The notes below the pieces were generated by a model. The model did not search any database and was not told the origin of the DNA. It saw nothing but the letters and a program-made list of their open reading frames with translations. From Raphidiopsis brookii D9 (GTDB lineage: Bacteria; Cyanobacteriota; Cyanobacteriia; Cyanobacteriales; Nostocaceae): a DNA stretch of 32,000 nt. Shown in pieces: positions 1 through 8,155 of the stretch. The translations under genes were made by a program, and so were the position numbers. The first letter of the stretch is position 1, and each line of letters starts with the position of its first letter. The stretch lies in NCBI GenBank assembly GCA_000175855.1, contig ACYB01000042.1, positions 240,368 through 272,367 on the forward strand, written 5' to 3'.

Positions 1-138
1 GGTCGCTCCCCATGGACAGAATACTCTACTAGGGATTTGAGTTTTGCTGCTTATGATGTTTATGCAGATAGGATGGAAATTAACGCTATTGATACAAATA
101 ATCGTGTTTTTGATCGAGCAGTAATTCAAAGTAATTAA
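1..138 (+). CDS. 3' end of an unidentified CDS (5' part outside window)
   Basis: Frame 1 is open from base 1 to TAA at 136-138 (GRSPWTEYSTRDLSFAAYDVYADRMEINAIDTNNRVFDRAVIQSN*). It is truncated by the window edge and therefore absent from the ORF track. No family recognised. Confidence 0.4.
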   Translation, partial: GRSPWTEYSTRDLSFAAYDVYADRMEINAIDTNNRVFDRAVIQSN

Positions 139-998
139 GCAATTACTGATTGAAAAACAGTGCTGTTGTCCACCCTGTACATAAACTCCTTAGCCAGCGC
201 TATCATGGTTTCATGGACATCACCATATTTTTGTTTATAGGTTAACTGGTGGTCAAAATCCAATCCTTCAGCTATTTTCGATCTTTCTGGAATTTTGATC
301 GTAAAAGTGGGAGGTAATAGAGGATTAACAGTAATAAAATTCAAATTATGTGTTTGAGAGCTAGTACCATTATAGCGGGAGATTATGGTACCCATAGGAG
401 TGATGTGATGGTCATATTCTTTTTTAAATAGTCTGAGTTTTTCCAGGAGTAATTCCAGACCATGAATTGACATGCGACTGGGTACACAGGGGATTAAACA
501 AAAATCGCTAGCGTAGAAGGCACTTTTGATCACAGTGTTGATGCTAGGTGGACAATCAATGAGAACATAGTCATATTGTTCTTTTAAGGGTGTAAGAATG
601 TTATGTAAAATAGCTACAGCATTAGCTGGTAAGTACTCTTGAACATCAAATAGTCTGGGACTACTAGGAATTAAATGCAGACAGTTAAAAGAGTTTTTAT
701 TTCTGACATTAGAAACCTGGTCTTGAACAATGAACCTTGTACTATGGGGTTTTTCCAGGAAGTAATCGACATTTTTCAGTAAGAAAGGTAGAGTTAAACC
801 CTTTTGGTCATATTCCCACTCCCATACATCTTCCGACATCATAGCACTAGTGAGATTAGTTTGGGGATCCAAGTCAATCAGAAGCACCCGTTTGTCATAT
901 ATGGTGTCACCTGCTAAATATTCTGCTAAGGTCATTACTAGAGTGGTTTTACCCACTCCACCTTTGAGGTTACAGATACTAATTACTTTGGCAGTCAT
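135..998 (-). CDS. ParA/Soj/MinD-type P-loop ATPase (orphan, no adjacent ParB-like gene)
   Basis: 287-aa ORF with deviant Walker A KGGVGKTT at residues 12-19, a DLDPQ motif and a Walker-B-like VLIDCPPS. Its stop overlaps the stop of the convergent upstream CDS (shared TTAA at 135-138). Confidence 0.8.
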   Translation of the reverse strand: MTAKVISICNLKGGVGKTTLVMTLAEYLAGDTIYDKRVLLIDLDPQTNLTSAMMSEDVWEWEYDQKGLTLPFLLKNVDYFLEKPHSTRFIVQDQVSNVRNKNSFNCLHLIPSSPRLFDVQEYLPANAVAILHNILTPLKEQYDYVLIDCPPSINTVIKSAFYASDFCLIPCVPSRMSIHGLELLLEKLRLFKKEYDHHITPMGTIISRYNGTSSQTHNLNFITVNPLLPPTFTIKIPERSKIAEGLDFDHQLTYKQKYGDVHETMIALAKEFMYRVDNSTVFQSVIA

Positions 999-1045
999 AG
1001 TTTTTGGTAGATGGCTAGGTAGTCAATTATAGCGTTTCCTTACTT

Positions 1046-1885
1046 ATGGATAATCAGGAAAATAGTTGGCATGGAAAACTCGAGTTAGTCTATGCTCAAC
1101 GCCAAAACTCCACCCAATTAATGTTCAGTCACAATCAAGCACCCTTAAAAGTACAACGCCCTTTTTATCCAGAAGGTGAAAAAATATGTCACAGTGTGAT
1201 TCTGCATACCGCTGGAGGTGTGGTAGCAGGCGATCGCCTGAGTTCAAATATTCACTTACAATCGGAGACGGACGTACTAATAACCACAGCAGCTGCCAGT
1301 AAAATTTATCGGAGCAATGGATTGTATGCGAAACAAACAGTAAGCATCAAAATAGATAGAGGATCATGTTTAGAATACCTACCTCAAGAGACAATAGTAT
1401 TTAATGGTGGGAGATATAGACAAGACGTGCGGATAGAATTAGGAGAAGGGAGTAGTTTTATAGGGTGGGAAATCAGTAGATTGGGGAGAACAGCAAGAGG
1501 GGAAAAATTCCTGGAAGGGGAAATGCTATCCCACACAGAAATATGGCAAGGGGAAGTACCACTATGGATAGACAGACAACATATACCTGGTGGTGTAGAA
1601 GCATTTTACAACCCTCATAGTTTAAAAGGGAACCCGGTAATTGGCAGTTTTGTCTGTGTTGGTTTACCCATATCTGAGGAAAGGATAGAAAAGTCCCGTT
1701 CTGGGATTGCTAATGGGTGGGATGCTGGTGTGACCAGGTTAGAACAGGGAATATTGTGTAGATATCGTGGTAATTCCACATCCTGGGCAAAGAAATGGTT
1801 TACAAATGTTTGGCAGGATTTGCGACAATCTTTGTTAAACCGTGGTAATTGTATTCCTAGAGTCTGGCAAATTACCAGGAACTAA
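1046..1885 (+). CDS. ureD: urease accessory protein UreD
   Basis: 279-aa ORF. Motifs [23 protein letters not shown] and [12 protein letters not shown] are typical of UreD/UreH. It sits immediately upstream of ureABC. Confidence 0.85.
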   Translation: MDNQENSWHGKLELVYAQRQNSTQLMFSHNQAPLKVQRPFYPEGEKICHSVILHTAGGVVAGDRLSSNIHLQSETDVLITTAAASKIYRSNGLYAKQTVSIKIDRGSCLEYLPQETIVFNGGRYRQDVRIELGEGSSFIGWEISRLGRTARGEKFLEGEMLSHTEIWQGEVPLWIDRQHIPGGVEAFYNPHSLKGNPVIGSFVCVGLPISEERIEKSRSGIANGWDAGVTRLEQGILCRYRGNSTSWAKKWFTNVWQDLRQSLLNRGNCIPRVWQITRN

Positions 1886-1898
1886 CCAGGAGGTAAAA

Positions 1899-2201
1899 AT
1901 GCAACTAACACCCCAGGAAAAAGACAAGTTATTAATATTCACAGCTGCTTTAGTAGCTGAAAGAAGAAAAAATCGAGGATTGAAGTTAAATTATCCCGAG
2001 TCCATAGCCCTAATTTCCGCTTCCATTCTTGAAGGAGCAAGGGATGGACAAACAGTAGCACAACTAATGAGTTATGGAACAACTCTACTAACCCAAGAGG
2101 ACGTAATGGAGGGTGTAGCAGAAATGATTCATGAAGTGCAAGTGGAAGCTACATTTCCCGATGGCACAAAATTAGTAACCGTTCACAATCCCATTCGATA
2201 G
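1899..2201 (+). CDS. ureA: urease subunit gamma
   Basis: The track ORF 1842..2201 contains an internal ATG at 1899 preceded by AGGAGG (1888-1893). The resulting 100-aa product [34 protein letters not shown] is canonical UreA. Confidence 0.93.
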   Translation: MQLTPQEKDKLLIFTAALVAERRKNRGLKLNYPESIALISASILEGARDGQTVAQLMSYGTTLLTQEDVMEGVAEMIHEVQVEATFPDGTKLVTVHNPIR

Positions 2202-2211
2202 AGGAACCAGC

Positions 2212-2517
2212 ATGATTCCAGGAGAAATCATTACCTTACCAGGTGACATAGAACTAAACGCCAGTCGCAGCACCATCAACCTTATAGTGGCCAATACAGG
2301 AGATAGACCCATCCAAATTGGTTCACACTTTCACTTTTATGAAGTTAATAGCTCCCTGAAATTTGACAGGGAAAAAGCACGGGGAATGAGACTAGATATC
2401 CCAGCAGGAACAGCAGTCAGATTTGAACCTGGAGATGAGAAAGAAATTACCCTAGTTCCTTTAGTAGGGAGGAGAGAAATCTATGGGTTCAACGGTAAAA
2501 TTAACGGTAAGTTATAA
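2212..2517 (+). CDS. ureB: urease subunit beta
   Basis: 101-aa ORF; MIPGEI...[19 protein letters not shown] is canonical UreB. Confidence 0.93.
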   Translation: MIPGEIITLPGDIELNASRSTINLIVANTGDRPIQIGSHFHFYEVNSSLKFDREKARGMRLDIPAGTAVRFEPGDEKEITLVPLVGRREIYGFNGKINGKL

Positions 2518-2582
2518 GAACAAGCGCATAAATAAAACAAAGAAAGTAACTAAGTCAGTCAAAAGAATAAATAGGAGAAATA

Positions 2583-4292
2583 ATGCCTTACAAAATGAAT
2601 CGCCGGGCTTATGCTGAAACATACGGGCCCACAGTAGGAGACAAAATTAGATTGGCAGACACTGAGTTATTTATAGAAGTAGAGAGGGACTTCACCACCT
2701 ATGGAGATGAGGTCAAATTTGGTGGAGGAAAAGTGATTCGGGATGGTATGGGACAATCCCCAATTGCCAATAGGGATGGTGCTGTAGATTTAGTTATTAC
2801 TAACGCCCTAATTTTGGATTGGTGGGGTGTGGTTAAAGCAGACGTTGGTATTAAAGATGGGAAAATTCATAAGATTGGTAAAGCTGGAAATCCCTACATT
2901 CAAGACAACATAGACATCATTATTGGACCTGGAACTGAAGCTCTAGCTGGGGAAGGTATGATTCTCACTGCTGGTGGAATAGACACCCACATACATTTTA
3001 TTTGTCCGCAACAGATTGAGGTAGCTATTGCTTCTGGGATTACCACCATGATTGGTGGAGGAACGGGACCTGCTACGGGTACAAATGCCACAACTTGTAC
3101 CCCGGGACCATGGAATATTTATCGAATGCTACAAGCAGCAGATGCTTTCCCTGTCAATTTAGGATTTTCTGGTAAGGGTAATACTAGTCAACCTCAAGGA
3201 CTAATAGAACAAATAGAAGCTGGAGTAATAGGCTTAAAACTCCATGAGGACTGGGGCACTACACCAGCAACAATTGACACCTGTTTAACCATTGCTGATG
3301 AATATGATATTCAGGTAGCTATTCACACTGATACCTTAAACGAAGCTGGTTTTGTTGAGGATACCATTGCAGCATTTAAACATCGCGCCATTCATACCTA
3401 CCACACAGAGGGAGCAGGGGGAGGTCACGCACCTGATATTATTAAAGTGTGTGGACAAGCCAATGTGTTACCATCATCCACCAATCCCACTCGTCCTTAT
3501 ACTCTCAATACACTAGATGAACATCTGGATATGCTAATGGTGTGTCATCATCTAGACCCTAGCATTTCTGAGGATGTGGCATTTGCCGAATCTCGTATTA
3601 GAAGAGAGACCATTGCAGCTGAAGATATCCTTCACGATTTAGGTGGATTTAGTATGATTTCTTCCGATTCTCAAGCTATGGGAAGGGTAGGAGAAGTAAT
3701 CATTAGAACCTGGCAAACTGCTCATAAAATGAAAGTACAGCGGGGTGAACTCTCCACCCCGGGAAAAGGAGCAGATAATTTTCGCGCCCAAAGATATATA
3801 GCAAAATACACTATTAATCCTGCTATTACTCATGGGATTGCTGATTATGTTGGTTCAGTGGAAGAGGGCAAAATGGCGGATCTATGTTTATGGAACCCAG
3901 CCTTTTTCGGTGTGAAACCAGAAATAGTAATTAAGGGGGGAATGATTGCCTGGGCCCAAATGGGTGATGCTAATGCCAGTATTCCCACACCTCAACCTGT
4001 TCACAGCCGCCCTATGTTTGGTAATTTTGCTGGTGCTCGTCACACAACATCACTAACCTTCATGTCTCAGATAGGTTTATTCAAAGAGATTCCCCAAATG
4101 TTAGGACTGAAGAAATCAGTAGTTGCTGTTGGCAAAACTAGAACAATTACCAAACAGGATATGAAACTGAATGATTGGTTACCGCGCATTGAAGTTGATC
4201 CAGAAACCTACGAAGTAAGAGCAAATGGAGAATTATTAACTTGTGAACCAGCTACAATTTTACCAATGGCACAAAGATATTTTTTGTTTTAA
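2583..4292 (+). CDS. ureC: urease subunit alpha
   Basis: 569-aa ORF with Ni-site motifs [24 protein letters not shown] and the C-terminal MAQRYFLF typical of UreC. Confidence 0.96.
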   Translation: MPYKMNRRAYAETYGPTVGDKIRLADTELFIEVERDFTTYGDEVKFGGGKVIRDGMGQSPIANRDGAVDLVITNALILDWWGVVKADVGIKDGKIHKIGKAGNPYIQDNIDIIIGPGTEALAGEGMILTAGGIDTHIHFICPQQIEVAIASGITTMIGGGTGPATGTNATTCTPGPWNIYRMLQAADAFPVNLGFSGKGNTSQPQGLIEQIEAGVIGLKLHEDWGTTPATIDTCLTIADEYDIQVAIHTDTLNEAGFVEDTIAAFKHRAIHTYHTEGAGGGHAPDIIKVCGQANVLPSSTNPTRPYTLNTLDEHLDMLMVCHHLDPSISEDVAFAESRIRRETIAAEDILHDLGGFSMISSDSQAMGRVGEVIIRTWQTAHKMKVQRGELSTPGKGADNFRAQRYIAKYTINPAITHGIADYVGSVEEGKMADLCLWNPAFFGVKPEIVIKGGMIAWAQMGDANASIPTPQPVHSRPMFGNFAGARHTTSLTFMSQIGLFKEIPQMLGLKKSVVAVGKTRTITKQDMKLNDWLPRIEVDPETYEVRANGELLTCEPATILPMAQRYFLF

Positions 4293-4324
4293 ATTGAGAA
4301 GCTGTTAACCTAGAGGAAGATTAC

Positions 4325-5720
4325 ATGATTTCCATTGCTAGTATAGACCCAAATACCATAACCACCTATCTCCAAACACAAAGAGAATTCTTTGCCACAG
4401 GTAAAACTAAAGATGTTAATTTTCGCCTGGCACAACTGCAAAAATTGAGAACCCTGGTGACTGATAATAAAGAGTCTATTATCGCAGCTCTAAAGGGTGA
4501 TTTAAATAAACCGGAATTTGAAAGTTATGCCATGGAAATCGGAGCTATTAAAGAAATAGATTATGCCATCAAGCACATAAAAAAATGGACTAAACCGAAA
4601 AAGACCGGAGTTCCCCTGGAATTCTTTAACTATTCGGCTAAAATATTGCCTGAACCCTTAGGAATGGTTTTAATCATTTCTCCCTGGAATTATCCATTGC
4701 AGTTGGTTATTTCCCCCTTGGTGGGATCTATCGCTGCAGGTAATTGCACCATTATTAAACCTTCCGAACTAGCACCCCATACAGCCACATTGCTAACCCA
4801 ACTGATCAGTGAATATTTTCCCCCAGAATATATTAGGGTGGTAGAAGGTGGGGTGGAAACTAGCAAGCAGTTACTAGAACAAAAATTTGATCACATTTTC
4901 TTTACAGGTGGTACTGCTATTGGTAAGATAGTTATGACAGCAGCAGCTAAACATCTCACACCAGTCACCCTAGAATTAGGTGGCAAAAGTCCTTGTATTG
5001 TTGACAAAGAAATTAATCTAGATCACACCAGCAAACGTATTATTTGGGGCAAGTTTATTAATGCTGGTCAAACTTGTATTGCACCCGACTATTTGTTGGT
5101 AAACAAAAAAATTAAAATCAGCTTTAATCAATTCTCTCCAGCAAATTCTTCAAGAATTCTATGGAGATAACCCAGAACTGAGTCCAGATTTTGCCCGAAT
5201 TATCAATAAACATCATTTCCATAGACTAACCGAACTACTTAAAGGTGGTAGAGTCATTGTGGGAGGGGAAATCAACCCAGAACAGTTATATATAGCACCA
5301 ACACTAATAGATAATATTTCCCTAACTGATAAAATTATGGAAGAGGAAATATTTGGACCCATTTTACCCATAATTGAATATACAGATATTCAAGAAGCAA
5401 TAGAAATCATTAACTCCCAACCTAAACCCTTGGCCCTGTATCTGTTCTCTGAAAATAAAAAGCTGCAAGAACAGGTTTTGACTAACACTTCATCAGGTAC
5501 GGTATGTATCAATGACACGATTATTCAAGTAGCAGTTTCTTCCTTACCATTTGGTGGGGTTGGTGATAGTGGTATGGGTAGCTATCACGGCAAAGTAGGA
5601 TTTGACACTTTCTCTCACCATAAAAGTGTTCTGTATAATGGTTTCCGATTGGATCTAAACTGGCGTTATGCACCATATTTAGGTAAGATGTCCACCTTGA
5701 AAAAGATTATTGGAGCCTAG
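4325..5720 (+). pseudogene. aldehyde dehydrogenase (class 3-like), reading frame broken once as given
   Basis: ORFs 4325..5170 and 5259..5720 are the N- and C-terminal parts of one ALDH (ELGGKSP, GQTCIAPDY, EEIFGPILP). The second frame is open from 5103. Removing one A from the A7 run 5105-5111 gives the continuous sequence ...LLVNKKLKSALINSLQQILQEFYGDNPELSPDFARIINKHHFHRL..., 464 aa in total. Confidence 0.85.
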
Positions 5721-5734
5721 GTTTTTACAGTCCC

Positions 5735-5764
5735 CTCCAGAAAAAGCCAGTGCTTTTCCTGGAG
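5735..5764. terminator. hairpin between convergent ALDH and rpmF (possible bidirectional terminator)
   Basis: CTCCAG-AAAAAGC / loop CAGT / GCTTTTC-CTGGAG: 6+6 bp with a 1x1 internal mismatch. It lies in the 50-nt gap between two convergent stops. There is no clean U tract outside the stem. Confidence 0.5.
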
Positions 5765-5770
5765 ATGTAT

Positions 5771-5941
5771 CTAGTTGGATTCTTCGTCTTCGTTGGTGGG
5801 ATAAACAAAAGTAGAACGTCCAGACAAAATTGATTTACCCAGAGAAAGAGCTTTTTTAGCCTCAACAGCAGCTTTATGTCTCCAAGTAGCTCGACGCTTG
5901 TCTCGTTTTGATTTAGAGGTTTTCTTCTTAGGAACGGCCAT
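5771..5941 (-). CDS. rpmF: 50S ribosomal protein L32
   Basis: Hand translation of the minus strand gives [56 protein letters not shown] (56 aa), the canonical L32 N-terminus. It is below the ORF-track length cutoff. The track ORF 5725..5946 is an overlapping wrong frame. Confidence 0.9.
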   Translation of the reverse strand: MAVPKKKTSKSKRDKRRATWRHKAAVEAKKALSLGKSILSGRSTFVYPTNEDEESN

Positions 5942-6151
5942 AACAACCAATATGGTGATTTTTGAGAACCTCCCTATTTTAGTCCATCAACTGAGAATTT
6001 ATCATCAATTTTTCAATCTGTGTTGGATTTATCTGCCAAATTGGCTAATAAATAAGCAAGGTATGGTCTATAATGGCTAGCAATTGTAACTTGTTTATAC
6101 CACACTTCATGATATTCTCTTTCAAGCACCTAAAAACCGACCAAGGGTGGG

Positions 6152-7592
6152 ATGGCAAATTACTGGGCAATTACTATTGGCATCAATCAGTATGAGTTAT
6201 TTCAACCTTTAGGTTGGGCTCAAAACGATGCAGAAGCATTAAACGATTTATTAGTGACCGAATTGGGGTTCTCAGAGGAGAATTGTCTGTTAATGACAAA
6301 TTCTTCTCGACCAAGAGGAAAAAGGTCTTCTCACCCCAACCGAGAAAATATATTATATTTCTTGCACGAACTGGAGGCAAAATTTTGGCAACCGGGAGAT
6401 TATCTCTGGTTTTTCTTGAGTGGTTATGGTGTTAATTATAACAACAAAGACTATTTATTGCCCCAGGATGCCAATCCAGACAGGATCTGGGAAACTGCTA
6501 TACCAGTTGGGGAAATCATGCAAGGTTTCCAAACTGCTGGGCTAAATGTCTTACTGATATTTGATATTAATCGTGCTTTTGGAACACAAGCAGATGCTCC
6601 TGTAGGTCAGGAAATGCTCGATCTGGCCCAGGAATTAAATATGGCCATTATGATGTCTTGCAGTCCAGAACAATTCTCCCATGAAAGCAGTGAATTAGGC
6701 CATGGTTTTTTTACTGCAGCATTATTAGAAGCTTTATTTTCTGCCCAATGTCGTAGTTTAAAAGATTTAGACTCTTATTTAAGTTATCTCACTCCACAAC
6801 TATGTCAACATCATTGGCGACCTATTCAAAACCCTGTAATTGTTATCCCTGAGAGTTTCAATTCCATGTTCCCAGCTTCATATCTAGAAGAAGCGTATAA
6901 GCAAGATTCCCCTGAACAGTTAATTTTTCCCCAGGAAAGTTTCGCCCAGATTTTACCCTTAGCTCAGGAGATCCACTCCCAAAAGTCTCCTGATTTGAAT
7001 GTCTCCTTACCGGAAAATCAAATAATAGCAGAAAATAAAAATCAATCTGGGGGTCACGGGGGTAGTAGACTTATCCCTATTCCTCCCTTTGCTAGGGATT
7101 ATGCTCAACCTTCCACTCCACAATCAGCTCCCCTTTGGCAACAATTTATTTGGTGGGGGGTAGTACTATTGTTGGGGTGATTGTGATGGCAACAATAATT
7201 CTACAAAATCATGCCAGTTTCCGACTGCATAAATTGTCCACGTCCCATGATACCAGCAGCACATCAGAATTTTCCCAAAATTTAACTTCTCCTCTCTTGG
7301 ATAGGGCCAAATCCTTCATTCGACCAGACCAAGCATCTAGTTATGGTGATGCCATTAAAATGGCTAAAAAATACACCCGGGACAACCGGAGTTTGATCTG
7401 GCCCAAGCTGCTATTAATGACTGGAGCGACCAAATTTTACAACTTGCTAAAAACTATGCTGATCAGGGAGAACTTAGCCAAGCTATAGAAACTGCTAGTT
7501 TAGTACCCCCCCAAACTTCCGCTTTTGAGGATGCTCAAGATGCCATTCAAAAATGGCGTAGACAAAAGGATCGGGGGGATGGGAATTCCTAA
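6152..7592 (+). pseudogene. caspase-like (peptidase C14 / orthocaspase-type) protein with substituted catalytic dyad, TM segment and C-terminal domain; frame broken twice as given
   Basis: The N-terminal pattern YWAITIGINQY..L..AQNDAEAL...GF...FFLSGYG..YLLPQDA...LLIFDINR follows the caspase p20 fold pattern, but with Tyr92 (6425-6427) and Asn140 (6569-6571) where I expect His and Cys. The reading continues in frame 7135..7488 after a +1G correction in the G6 (7155-7160) or G4 (7174-7177) run. It continues in a third frame to TAA 7590-7592 after a +1A correction in the A6 run 7366-7371, giving ...AIKMAKKIHPGQPEFDLAQAAINDWSDQILQLAKNYADQGELSQAIETASLVPPQTSAFEDAQDAIQKWRRQKDRGDGNS*. Confidence 0.7.
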
Positions 7593-7954
7593 GCTTCACC
7601 ACATTCGTCTGCTAAATAACATAGCGCCCGAAATCTTAGATAGGCCAGCTGGTCATAAAAGGGATTGAGCTTACACAAGGGGGGGATGTGAAACAGGACT
7701 TTTCCCAGTAGTTTTACATCCCGCTCAAAAGGACACTGGGCGGGAATTAGTTTACACAGCATGTGGGCAAAGTCCCGATCCTGCACTTTGATATTATCTA
7801 ACCAGTTACGTACAGGCCGCAGCACATCCCATCCAGACTGGGAATGCTGTTCCTCCTTGACCACACTACCGGAATGGTGATTTGCTTCCATTTGGTGTGG
7901 CGATACCCAACTGGTCAAAAAAATCCTTTTGGTTGTATTCTCAAATACTTTCAT
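7589..7954 (-). CDS. Mo-dependent nitrogenase C-terminal domain family protein (small cyanobacterial protein, function unknown)
   Basis: 121-aa ORF. The segment LCKLIPAQCPFERDV...LFHIPPLCKLNPFYDQL..LRFRALCYLADECGE matches my recollection of the Mo-nitro_C family signature. Confidence 0.65.
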   Translation of the reverse strand: MKVFENTTKRIFLTSWVSPHQMEANHHSGSVVKEEQHSQSGWDVLRPVRNWLDNIKVQDRDFAHMLCKLIPAQCPFERDVKLLGKVLFHIPPLCKLNPFYDQLAYLRFRALCYLADECGEA

Positions 7955-8155
7955 GTTTACTCCTCTTTTATTATGAGGGTTGTTTGTGACTGATGAATAT
8001 ACAAGTCGACAATTACTTCTACCGGAATAATAACTTGCTACCTCCCCAATTTTAGTTCACACCTGAACCTTTACATGGGTTTTATGACTAATGTCATAAA
8101 TCTTAACATATCTGGGGAAAGGTGGCAATTTGTTGATTTCCACCCCTCTCAGTTC

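Noticed and set aside
1019-1032. GTA-N8-TAG, a near-NtcA-box upstream of ureD
   Set aside because: The last triplet is TAG, not TAC. The site ends only 14 nt before the ureD ATG, leaving no room for a -10 box about 22 nt downstream as in NtcA-activated promoters.
5725-5946. 73-aa minus-strand track ORF
   Set aside because: It is the wrong frame over rpmF. Its sequence is low-complexity with no recognisable features, and the L32 frame explains the region.
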